Virus record (IMG/VR): IMGVR_UViG_3300032294_001087
Location: 1-52,377 of that record
Strand: one strand, 5' to 3'
From: a virus
Taxonomy: Duplodnaviria > Caudoviricetes
Length of the DNA stretch: 52,377 nt
Both the position numbers and the translations under genes were made by a program. Shown in pieces: positions 1-8,585 of this stretch; within the stretch, counting starts at the first letter, position 1, and the number at the start of each line of letters is the position of its first letter. The notes beneath the pieces were generated by a model that was not told where the DNA came from, searched no databases, and saw only the letters and a program-made list of their open reading frames with translations.

Positions 1-2
1 CA

Positions 3-341
3 CAAAAAGGTTCACGTCGTTACAGAGTAACTAACGATCAAGGCACAGATGTAGTTCGCCTAGTTCCAACAGGTATTAACGGTAATGAAGATGCTAGTAA
101 CCCAACTGTAGCGCAAGTTACAGTCGCAGGCGGCCCAGTTGCTGCAGGTCAAATGACTATCCAAGCTAGTGATAGCGATGGTGGTACATATTGGGTTGGT
201 AAACTTGAAGGTCAGACAGCATTAGTATTCCCAGGTGGTACTGGAACTCCGGGCACACAGTTTGAGGCTAATACTCATGTAATTTGGTCTATGAACGCAG
301 CAGTAGCAAGTACTTCAGTAAAACTAGCAACAAACGACTAA
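3..341 (+). CDS. Virion structural protein, 5'-truncated by the window edge
   Basis: Frame is open from position 3 (QKGSRRYRVTNDQG...) through the listed Met at 153 to TAA 341. Followed by a terminator. Confidence 0.6.
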   Translation, partial: QKGSRRYRVTNDQGTDVVRLVPTGINGNEDASNPTVAQVTVAGGPVAAGQMTIQASDSDGGTYWVGKLEGQTALVFPGGTGTPGTQFEANTHVIWSMNAAVASTSVKLATND

Positions 342-354
342 TTTTAGTCACTTT

Positions 355-384
355 AAAAATAGCACCTAAGGGTGCTATTTTTTT
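355..384 (+). terminator. Rho-independent terminator, possibly bidirectional
   Basis: aaaaatAGCACC-taag-GGTGCTattttttt. Confidence 0.85.
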
Positions 385-400
385 ATCTATAGCATCAGTG

Positions 401-407
401 ATAAATA
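401..407 (+). promoter_or_regulatory. T4-like late promoter
   Basis: ATAAATA upstream of the structural operon. The motif recurs before most structural genes (T4 consensus TATAAATA). Confidence 0.7.
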
Positions 408-427
408 ACATAAACGGAAAGATTTAA

Positions 428-985
428 ATGCCTACAGTTAAGAAAACCAACGGTAATTACGTTATACAGACTCCACGTCTAAATAACGGCAGTAATATCA
501 CCTTAGATACAGATAGTGTAATTGTCACAGGAAATTTAAACGTATTAGGTAATGTAACTACAATTAATACCACTGAAACCAATATCTTAGATAAGGTTAT
601 TACTCTAAACGCCGGCGAAACTGGTAATGGAGTAACTGGCGGAGGTAATGTATCTGGCATTGCTATCGATCGAGGTTTCTCTGCACCAAGTACAAGAAAT
701 GCCAATGTAGATTTGCGATGGAATGAAAATTACGACAAGTGGGAATTTACAAATGATGGCGTTACTTACAGTAATATTGGGGCTGCAACTGCTGCAATTA
801 TTGCGTCAAACGTAGCATTGGCTTATACAGGGGGCGTGGTTCCTAGTCCTATAGTTAGTACCTCTATTATCTATGGTGACACTGTAAATGCTGGACGAAC
901 TGGTGTATACATTGTTAGTGGTGACGTATCAGGCGACGAGTTAGTTAGTAAAAAACGAGCGTTAGGTCTTTCATTAATTTTATAG
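428..985 (+). CDS. Putative baseplate/tail-associated structural protein
   Basis: G/N/T-rich. Its GNLNVLGNVTTINTT...ITLN...GIAIDRG...WNE module also occurs at the N-terminus of the 1264-aa protein. Confidence 0.6.
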   Translation: MPTVKKTNGNYVIQTPRLNNGSNITLDTDSVIVTGNLNVLGNVTTINTTETNILDKVITLNAGETGNGVTGGGNVSGIAIDRGFSAPSTRNANVDLRWNENYDKWEFTNDGVTYSNIGAATAAIIASNVALAYTGGVVPSPIVSTSIIYGDTVNAGRTGVYIVSGDVSGDELVSKKRALGLSLIL

Positions 986-993
986 GAATAATT

Positions 994-1308
994 ATGGCAA
1001 TTCAAAGCACTTCACTTACACTTGGCCGCGCTAATATATATGTTAGTTCTGGTACATCTGTAGTTTCAGTAATGTATTTTTGTAATCAAAATAGTGCTGC
1101 TGCAAACTTAAATGTGTGGACAGTAAGTAATGCATCTGTAGCAGGCGGTGGGGTAAGTGCCGCTAATCTTATCTATAGAGAAGTACAGATTGCAGCTGCA
1201 GATACTTTTGTAGTTGATATGGAAAAACTAGCACTAAACAATGGTGATTACGTTGTAGCTAACGCTGGCCCAACAATTAATGCAACTGTAAGTTTCTTAG
1301 GAATTTAA
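994..1308 (+). CDS. Small virion structural protein (hypothetical)
   Basis: SD AGGA, beta-rich composition, inside the structural operon. Confidence 0.55.
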   Translation: MAIQSTSLTLGRANIYVSSGTSVVSVMYFCNQNSAAANLNVWTVSNASVAGGGVSAANLIYREVQIAAADTFVVDMEKLALNNGDYVVANAGPTINATVSFLGI

Positions 1309-1311
1309 TAA

Positions 1312-1752
1312 ATGGGACACATGCTTAAAAATACCGTGTTTAAAAGCGGTAGTTACGCCTTGGGAGTACCTGTGGGCACTAGCGGTGTGGGTCCAGCATC
1401 ACCAGTAAATGGTCAAACACGTTTTAACACTGTAACTAACCGTTTAGAATTTTATGCTAACATTACAGGTACACCAAGCTGGAATGCAGTAAGCCGTGAA
1501 GGTAATGTTTTAATTACCAGAGATAACTTTACAGGTAACGGTAATGCTAGTCAATTTTGGCCAATGAGCACAGTGTTTTCTTCAGGCGAAGAAAACGAAG
1601 TTTTGGTGCACGTAGGCACAGTATATCAAATACCTGTAACAAACTACACATTTAACGGTACAGGAAATATTATCTTTAGTAGTCCGCCTAACAATGGTGC
1701 GGCCATTACAATTATCAGCGGATTCGCAAGCACAGTATCAACCCTAGCCTAA
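1312..1752 (+). CDS. Virion structural protein (baseplate/fibre module)
   Basis: P-x-G...GQTRFNT..LEFY motif plus an FTGNG...V.V....Q.P...YT...FSSPP domain, shared with the two downstream proteins. Confidence 0.6.
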   Translation: MGHMLKNTVFKSGSYALGVPVGTSGVGPASPVNGQTRFNTVTNRLEFYANITGTPSWNAVSREGNVLITRDNFTGNGNASQFWPMSTVFSSGEENEVLVHVGTVYQIPVTNYTFNGTGNIIFSSPPNNGAAITIISGFASTVSTLA

Positions 1753-1760
1753 TAATCCAG

Positions 1761-1767
1761 ATAAATA
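1761..1767 (+). promoter_or_regulatory. T4-like late promoter
   Basis: ATAAATA upstream of SD AAGG and ATG 1787. Confidence 0.65.
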
Positions 1768-1786
1768 GTTAAAAGGTTGGATTTAG

Positions 1787-3460
1787 ATGGCAATCAGTCG
1801 CGTTCCCGGTTATTCATTACTAGCAAATTTAGATCGCCAAGGCACAGACATTGGCATCACTTCTTCTGGCCTTTACGTAACCTATTGGGACGTTATTAAC
1901 TATAGATTTGGCATCAACACAGCGGCACCCCAACAAGCATTAGAAGTTAACGGCAACATTTTAACCGCAAACGGTCATGTATATACTAATGCAAACATAT
2001 CATATGACATTGGCGCATCATCTAATTGGTGGCGCAACATATATGCAAACACGATTATTTCCAACTTTTTGTCTGGTAGATTAATAACTAACGCACAACC
2101 TAATATCACAAGTTTAGGTATTGTATCTAATCTATATGCAACAGGAAATACATATCTAGTTGGTACCACTACAGTAAATGGAAATTTAGTAGTAGGTAAC
2201 ATTACATCTAGTGGCATATCGGGTAATATTACAGGGAATTTAACAGGATTTGTACTACAAGGTAATCAACCCTTTATCACAAATTTATCGAATATTACTG
2301 TTTCTAACATAACAATTCAAAGCGGCAATTTAAATGTAACAGGAAATATTTCTACTAACAACATCAATGCTAGCAACATTTATCAAAATGGTAATCAATT
2401 ATTAGATACTAATACAAATATTCAAGTAACCGGTGATGTTGTTGGATATGGTATATTCTCAAATGTAAGAGTTGAATTGCCAAATACTGGAGTAACTCCT
2501 GGGACGTATCAGGCACCGTTGATTGCTGTTGATAACAAAGGTAGAATTACCTTTGCTTCAAATGCCTCTATTAGCCAACTTGGTAACTTATTTTTTAGTA
2601 ACACCACAATTTCAAGCGACTATAATTTAACGCTGTTAACCAATACAAACGGTAACATAGTCTTAAATTCCTCTGGCACAGGCATAGTGCAAATCATTGG
2701 TAGCGATGCGGTGCAAATACCATACGGGAATGATTCGCTACGTCCAAATAATCCTGCACTGGGATATTTTAGATATAATACCGACAGATCATCTATAGAA
2801 TACTGGGACGGTTCTAACTGGGATTCACCAGGGGTTGCATACATTACGTCTGATGTAATTAATCCAGACGGAGTAAGTAATGTATATGCCCTAAGTTCAA
2901 ACGCTACTTCTGCAGGTTTAATTGTTAGCATTAACGGTACCTTACAGCAACCAGATTATTCTTACAGCGTTATTAACAATAATCAAATTCAATTTACTGA
3001 AGTTCCGTTAACTTCAGATATTATAGAAGTTCGACACGTGTCGGCGGGTGTTGTTACGTCAGTACAGGCATTGAGATATGGACCCAAAACCGAAGTTGTG
3101 TTGGACGCAGAAAATGTAAACATAGTTGGCAATATAATATTAAATGGCTCAATAAACAACAAAGCTAACATTCTGATACCCAATATCGCAACCACAACTA
3201 TAGATAGTTACAGTACTACAGCGTGGAGAACTGTAAAATATATAACCCAAGCTGTTAGAGCAAGCGATGTGCAAAGTTATGAAACTTTGGTTACACATAA
3301 CGGTGCAACAGTGGTTTCAAATACCTATGGGATACTTACAATAGGTAACAGTTTAGGTAGTATTAGTGCTACTTTAGTGGGCAGTAATGTAGAAGTACAA
3401 TACACTCCTGTGTTTGCTAACACTTATCTAACTGTTGCCAGGGATTTTTATCCTCTTTAG
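1787..3460 (+). CDS. Tail fibre/baseplate-like structural protein
   Basis: 557 aa, Asn-rich GN(I/V/L) repeats and an RP..P..GYFRYNTD motif. C-terminal KY..Q...E.LV...YG domain is paralogous to the 1264-aa protein. Confidence 0.7.
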   Translation: MAISRVPGYSLLANLDRQGTDIGITSSGLYVTYWDVINYRFGINTAAPQQALEVNGNILTANGHVYTNANISYDIGASSNWWRNIYANTIISNFLSGRLITNAQPNITSLGIVSNLYATGNTYLVGTTTVNGNLVVGNITSSGISGNITGNLTGFVLQGNQPFITNLSNITVSNITIQSGNLNVTGNISTNNINASNIYQNGNQLLDTNTNIQVTGDVVGYGIFSNVRVELPNTGVTPGTYQAPLIAVDNKGRITFASNASISQLGNLFFSNTTISSDYNLTLLTNTNGNIVLNSSGTGIVQIIGSDAVQIPYGNDSLRPNNPALGYFRYNTDRSSIEYWDGSNWDSPGVAYITSDVINPDGVSNVYALSSNATSAGLIVSINGTLQQPDYSYSVINNNQIQFTEVPLTSDIIEVRHVSAGVVTSVQALRYGPKTEVVLDAENVNIVGNIILNGSINNKANILIPNIATTTIDSYSTTAWRTVKYITQAVRASDVQSYETLVTHNGATVVSNTYGILTIGNSLGSISATLVGSNVEVQYTPVFANTYLTVARDFYPL

Positions 3461-3476
3461 TTTTTCTTAAACCCGC

Positions 3477-3483
3477 ATAAATA
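3477..3483 (+). promoter_or_regulatory. T4-like late promoter with a long structured leader
   Basis: ATAAATA about 85 nt upstream of ATG 3568. Confidence 0.6.
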
Positions 3484-3500
3484 TATACAAAGACACATCT

Positions 3501-3580
3501 AGCCTTAGGGGATATGGAACCATGGGCTCAAAAATAGTGTAAAATATAATTTATTGCGGAGCATTCCATGTCGGCCCTAA
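3501..3580 (+). promoter_or_regulatory. Candidate two-state RNA structure over the start codon
   Basis: Local hairpin 3501-3528 competes with pairing of 3505-3519 to 3564-3580, which covers the AUG. Confidence 0.4.
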
Positions 3581-6500
3581 CCCGAATTTTTAATAATCAA
3601 ATCTTTAATGCTACAATCGTAGCTAGTCAAAAAATTGCCCCAGGAACTATTACCGGAAGTTTATTTTCAAGTAACGTTACAGTTCCCGGAGATCTACTTA
3701 TTGCAGGTAATCTGTTTGTACTAGGTACTAGTGCCTATACAACTATTGCTAGTACCAATACCTATGTTAATGACCCATTAGTACTTTTGAATAACGGATT
3801 CAGCGGTACTAACACCAGAGATATGGGTCTGGTGTTTAACAGAGGTACAGATCAAAATCAAGCAATTATTTGGAGTGAAGTATTTGACGAATTTCGCCTT
3901 ATTGCTACCAACGAAACAGGTACAACCTATGGTAATATCAATGCTGCGGGCCTAGCAAGATTAAGCATTGGTAGTTTAGTAGTTCCTGGGCAAGCTAATA
4001 TTGGATCTGCGGTCATAGGCGGTGCTATTAGCGGTGCTAGCTTGAATGTATCAGGTAACGTGTTAGCAAGTACTGTTGGTGCTAGCTTTGTAACAGCCAG
4101 CACTGCCGCATTTGGTAATATTTCAGCAGTTTCTTTTGGTAACACAGGTGCTACTTTTAGCGGTGCTAGCTTGAATGTATCAGGTAACGTGTTAGCCAGC
4201 ACAGTAGGTGCTAGTTTTGTAACAGCCAGCACTGCCGCATTTGGTAATATTGCCGCAGGCATTGTGGGAAATGTTGGAACACAATTTAACGGGTCGTCAA
4301 TTAATCTAAGTGGTAACGTGTTAGCTGCTGGGGGTGTGTTTAATGGAGTAACCGTTAATGGCAACGAAACTGTAACTGGATTCTTAAATGTAACTGGTAA
4401 CGTTATCGCAGCAAACGTTACAGCATCATATTTTGTAGGTAACGGTGCACTACTAACAGGTATGGGAGTTGGATACGGTAATATACAAGCCAAAGCCTAT
4501 ACCGAAACAATGGGCTTTACTAATTACAGTAACGTTAATGTCAAGGCCTATACCGAAACAATTGGCTTTACTAACTATAGTAACGTTAATGTAGCTAGTT
4601 ATCTATCAACTGCTACTATTAATACCACAGGCAACATATTAGCAGCTGCAGGCACTTTCAATGTCTTAACAGTAAACGGCAACGAAACAGTAACTGGTTT
4701 CTTAAATGTAACTGGTAACATTTTGGGGGCCACTGGTACTTTAAGTATACTAGGTGTTAGTAATAATTTCTATGCAAACGCTAGCATAGCAACTACTACA
4801 CAAGGCACAGGTGCAATCGTTGTTCCAAATGGTGGCATCAGTGTAAGTGGAGCAGCTAATATAGCAGGTGCGATTACTACAGCAGGTGCGGCACAGTTTA
4901 ACAATACATTAACAGTTGGTGGTGTTACACAAGTAACAAACACTACTAATTCTACTGATGCAACAGGAACGACCGGTGCACTACGAGTCGCAGGTGGTGG
5001 TAGTATCGCTAAAGACTTGTGGGTCGGTGGTAACTTATATGCTGCTAACATCATTGGTGTTACAGCCAACGTTATCACAGTCCAAGATCCATTGCTATAC
5101 TTAGCACCAGATCATACATTCCCATATGACTATGACATTGGTTTTTTCTCAGCCTTTACTGGCACTGGATTGACCACAGCTGGTAACATTCTCCAACACA
5201 CAGGCATAGTCCGTCATAATGACACTAACACTTGGACCTTTGCAAGTAATCTTGCTGCACCAAGTGCCGGCCATTTGGTATTAGACAGCAATACAGTTTA
5301 CGATCCAATCAAAGCAGGTAACTTAGAATTAGCAACCAACATTCCATCAACAAGCACAACAACAGGTGCTTTAATAGTAGCTGGCGGTGCTGGTATTGCT
5401 GGTACTGTGGTGGCTGGACAATTAAACAGCACAGGCAACGTACTAGGACAAGCTGGTACATTTAATGCTCTTACTGTTAATGGTGGTATTACATCAACCG
5501 GTTACTTTAATACATCAGGTAATATTAGTACAGCACAATTAAATGCTGGACAAATAAACACAACCGGCAACGTAAGTGCCGCAGTAGGTGTATTTGGTGC
5601 TATTAACTCAACAGGCTACATTAATACAAGTGGTAATATTTCAACAGCACAATTAAATGCTGGACAAATAAATACAACCGGTAATGTGCTAGCAAGTACT
5701 ATTGGTGCTAGTTTCTTAACTGCCAGCACCGCCGCAGTTGGCAACATATCAGCAGTAAACATAGGTAACGCAGGTGCTACACTCACAGGTACTACAGGTA
5801 CATTTGGTGCAGTTAATTCAGGATTTATTGGTAATACCGGTACTGCATTTACTGGTGCAAGCATAAACTTATCAGGTAACGTACTAGCGTCTTCTATCTT
5901 AACTAACTTTTTATCTGTAGATGATGTAGTATTTGGTAATGTGTCTGCAGCAGTATTTGGTAATGTTGGAGCAGTATTTACTGGTGCAAGCATAAACTTA
6001 TCAGGCAACGTGTTAGCTAGCACAGTACAAGGTAGTTTCTTAACTGCAAGTACGGCAGCAGTAGGTAATATTTCAGCAGTTACTATAGGTAATGCAGGAG
6101 CAACAGTAACTGGTACTACAGCCGCATTTAGCGGTAATGTAATTGGTGGACTAGCACAATTTGCGTCAATCAATGCAACTCCGGTAGGTAATGCATCTGC
6201 AAGTACCGGTGCATTCACAACTCTAAGTGCAAGCCAAGGTATATGGGCAAATAGCACTACGGCCAGTACTTCAACTACAACGGGTGCGATTGTTGTAGCA
6301 GGCGGTGTAGGTATTGCTGGTAATGTTCGTGCTGGGGGTGGAGCAGTATTTAATAGTAGTCAAACCGCTGATCCGTTCCAAGTACGAGGTGTAGCAACTA
6401 CAAGTTTAATCTATGCTGACACAGCTAACGGTGGAGTAATTATCGGAGGAAGTAACACAGCAGCTCCCTTAGGTATGACACTAAAAGTCAACGGCACAGA

Positions 6501-7362
6501 TTCTATGTTGTTACCAATTGGTACAACTGGTCAGCGTCCAAGTTCAACAGGTAATGTTGACATAGCTGGTATGATAAGGTACAACAGTACCATACAAGAT
6601 GTAGAGTATTACAACGGTACTACTTGGGCTGCTCCAGGCAGTGGACAAACACCTACAATAACTGATCGACAGTTTGCTGGCAATGTTGCAGGAGGATTTG
6701 GTAATGTAGACGGTACTAATACTGTATTTACAATACAATCAAACTCAACCACAGCAGGAACAGTGGTAAGCATTAACGGTGTAATACAATTTCCAGTATT
6801 GGCCTACGCAGTTAGCGGAACCACACTAACATTTACAGAGCCACCTGCTCCAGATGATGTTATCGATGTTCGTGTAATGGCAGCAGCAAGTACAGTAACT
6901 TCTATTGCTAGCGATAACGGGTATAATCAATTTATAGCCAGTGCTAGTGCTGCTGAAATTTGGACAGGCGTAGCGTTATCAACAAAACAAATACAAGTTA
7001 ACCCTGTTGGCGATGTTGAATATTTAACTGGCGGCAAAACAACATACACGCAACCAGTAATTAATATTGCAGCTAACAATACGCCATATGTAATTAGTAC
7101 ATGGAATCAAACAAGTTTTGTGACAGCCAAGTATTTGATTAGTGCTAAACGAGGAACTTCAAACTATCAAAGTATGGAAGCAGTAGTTACCACAGATCAA
7201 GCAGGCAATGCCTACATAACTACCTATGCAGTGGTCAGTAATGGAGTTGATATGGGAGGATTAACGGCAAATGTCGTTGGAGGCAATGTTCGAGTTTACT
7301 GGACAACTACTACAAACATTACCAATGCCAATGTCAAGGCCATGGGCACATTTATTGTTTAA
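3568..7362 (+). CDS. Long tail fibre-like virion protein with internal repeats
   Basis: 1264 aa, G/A/T/N-rich, 43-, 17- and 38-aa repeats, STSTTTGAL.V.GG.GI motifs typical of phage fibres. Confidence 0.75.
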   Translation: MSALTRIFNNQIFNATIVASQKIAPGTITGSLFSSNVTVPGDLLIAGNLFVLGTSAYTTIASTNTYVNDPLVLLNNGFSGTNTRDMGLVFNRGTDQNQAIIWSEVFDEFRLIATNETGTTYGNINAAGLARLSIGSLVVPGQANIGSAVIGGAISGASLNVSGNVLASTVGASFVTASTAAFGNISAVSFGNTGATFSGASLNVSGNVLASTVGASFVTASTAAFGNIAAGIVGNVGTQFNGSSINLSGNVLAAGGVFNGVTVNGNETVTGFLNVTGNVIAANVTASYFVGNGALLTGMGVGYGNIQAKAYTETMGFTNYSNVNVKAYTETIGFTNYSNVNVASYLSTATINTTGNILAAAGTFNVLTVNGNETVTGFLNVTGNILGATGTLSILGVSNNFYANASIATTTQGTGAIVVPNGGISVSGAANIAGAITTAGAAQFNNTLTVGGVTQVTNTTNSTDATGTTGALRVAGGGSIAKDLWVGGNLYAANIIGVTANVITVQDPLLYLAPDHTFPYDYDIGFFSAFTGTGLTTAGNILQHTGIVRHNDTNTWTFASNLAAPSAGHLVLDSNTVYDPIKAGNLELATNIPSTSTTTGALIVAGGAGIAGTVVAGQLNSTGNVLGQAGTFNALTVNGGITSTGYFNTSGNISTAQLNAGQINTTGNVSAAVGVFGAINSTGYINTSGNISTAQLNAGQINTTGNVLASTIGASFLTASTAAVGNISAVNIGNAGATLTGTTGTFGAVNSGFIGNTGTAFTGASINLSGNVLASSILTNFLSVDDVVFGNVSAAVFGNVGAVFTGASINLSGNVLASTVQGSFLTASTAAVGNISAVTIGNAGATVTGTTAAFSGNVIGGLAQFASINATPVGNASASTGAFTTLSASQGIWANSTTASTSTTTGAIVVAGGVGIAGNVRAGGGAVFNSSQTADPFQVRGVATTSLIYADTANGGVIIGGSNTAAPLGMTLKVNGTDSMLLPIGTTGQRPSSTGNVDIAGMIRYNSTIQDVEYYNGTTWAAPGSGQTPTITDRQFAGNVAGGFGNVDGTNTVFTIQSNSTTAGTVVSINGVIQFPVLAYAVSGTTLTFTEPPAPDDVIDVRVMAAASTVTSIASDNGYNQFIASASAAEIWTGVALSTKQIQVNPVGDVEYLTGGKTTYTQPVINIAANNTPYVISTWNQTSFVTAKYLISAKRGTSNYQSMEAVVTTDQAGNAYITTYAVVSNGVDMGGLTANVVGGNVRVYWTTTTNITNANVKAMGTFIV
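4029..4251 (+). repeat. Intragenic tandem repeat, 129-nt (43-aa) period
   Basis: tagcggtgctagcttgaatgtatcaggtaacgtgttagc at 4029 and 4158. Confidence 0.9.
4492..4592 (+). repeat. Intragenic tandem repeat, 51-nt (17-aa) period
   Basis: KAYTET(M/I)GFTNYSNVNV twice, gcctataccgaaacaat at 4495 and 4546. Confidence 0.9.
5490..5690 (+). repeat. Intragenic tandem repeat, 114-nt (38-aa) period (boundaries approximate)
   Basis: acagcacaattaaatgctggacaaataaa at 5530 and 5644. Confidence 0.85.
5848..6020 (+). repeat. Intragenic repeat, 129-nt period
   Basis: tttactggtgcaagcataaacttatcagg at 5848 and 5977. Confidence 0.85.
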
Positions 7363-7370
7363 GGCGATCA

Positions 7371-8108
7371 ATGTTAAAATTAGTTAAGAAAATTCGAAAA
7401 GGCTATCAAGGTGAAGACATCATAGTCGAAAGAACTTTGGATGGCGGCACCTGGAAAACAACAACAGAACATGTTCCTAGTAGGGTTACTAATAATCAAA
7501 TATCAAAAACAGCCTTAGTGATTGGTAACGGAACCAACAGATTAGGATTTGATCTTGATAAAACTAAAAAAGCCAGCGGATTACTAGGAGCTAAAACTCT
7601 TCAAACTTATGGTTGTAATGCTCTCTACAGAGATTTTGATCCTGATTTTTTAGTGGCAGTGGGTAATAACGGAATAGTGGATGAAATAGCTGACAAAGGG
7701 TACACAAACGAACATATTGTCTATTCTAGTGTAGCACACGTTTTAGAGTTTCCAGGTAAATTTTACCTAATACCTCATGACATTTATGCAGATGCAGGTA
7801 CTACCGCTGCTTATATCGCCGCTTTCGACGAACACAAGACAATTTATCTAATAGGGTTTGATGGTCATGAACCAGGTGACTGGAATAACAATGTCTATGC
7901 AGGTACTACTGGATATGATCCAAAAAACATTTCTATAGATCACAGCGAGTGGATAACCAATCGTAAACAATTATTTGATGTTTATAATGATGTAGATTGG
8001 GTTTGGGTTACCCCAGCTGGTGTAAATTTTATCCCTGAACCTTTAAAATATTGTTTAAACTTTAGGCAAATAAATTTTCAAAATTTTATTTTAGAGTGCG
8101 ATTTATAA
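7371..8108 (+). CDS. Conserved phage protein, possibly Maf/sialyltransferase-like Rossmann fold
   Basis: LVIGNG..R, YGCNALYRDF.PD.LV and IYLIGFD motifs. Confidence 0.45.
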   Translation: MLKLVKKIRKGYQGEDIIVERTLDGGTWKTTTEHVPSRVTNNQISKTALVIGNGTNRLGFDLDKTKKASGLLGAKTLQTYGCNALYRDFDPDFLVAVGNNGIVDEIADKGYTNEHIVYSSVAHVLEFPGKFYLIPHDIYADAGTTAAYIAAFDEHKTIYLIGFDGHEPGDWNNNVYAGTTGYDPKNISIDHSEWITNRKQLFDVYNDVDWVWVTPAGVNFIPEPLKYCLNFRQINFQNFILECDL

Positions 8109-8585
8109 AACTTGTTCTAAGGTTTTAATTTTATCTACAACACTTGAAAAATTAATAGTACGCCACACACCCGGATGTAAAGGTTTAGGATGATCTTCTA
8201 AATTTATCCAACAGTATCCTCTATGTTCGTTATTTAAAATAGGAACGAATTCTTCATCTACAGGTATTAAGAAAGTATGATAGGTAAATCGTGCATTGTT
8301 GCTGGTAAATTTTTCTATAGGTATAACTTTAGTTTCAGAAAAATCATAACCTAATTCTTCGTCAAGTTCTCGATATAGACTAGATAATAATTGTTCGCCT
8401 GGTTCTATACCACCACCTGCGAGACCCCAGGTACCTGCGTATTTTTTAGTATTGCGTAGTAAGAACAAATAACGATGTGTGCTAGTACTGTAGATAAAAG
8501 TACCTACGCCTTCTATAACACCAGCGTCCAGGACCCTTCCTTGTACTCGCCCTCGTAACTTTTTAGCCATTGATTGCCATTCCAT
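8103..8585 (-). CDS. Nudix hydrolase (true start probably nearer 8530)
   Basis: Nudix box GGGIEPGEQLLSSLYRELDEELG and a C-terminal EH..Y.W motif. Confidence 0.9.
   Translation of the reverse strand: MEWQSMAKKLRGRVQGRVLDAGVIEGVGTFIYSTSTHRYLFLLRNTKKYAGTWGLAGGGIEPGEQLLSSLYRELDEELGYDFSETKVIPIEKFTSNNARFTYHTFLIPVDEEFVPILNNEHRGYCWINLEDHPKPLHPGVWRTINFSSVVDKIKTLEQVL

Noticed and set aside
4029-6020. Fibre repeats as a diversity-generating retroelement TR/VR pair or CRISPR array
   Set aside because: The repeats are in-frame and coding, differences are mostly synonymous rather than adenine-specific, there are no unique spacers, and no reverse transcriptase or cas gene is in the window.
1787-7362. Enrichment of N-x-S/T sequons as proof of N-glycosylation
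   Set aside because: I count about 19 sequons in the 557-aa protein, roughly what its high Asn and Ser/Thr content predicts. A shuffling test would be needed.
8103-8108. Convergent stops sharing the TTATAA palindrome
   Set aside because: Real, but ordinary genome compaction.
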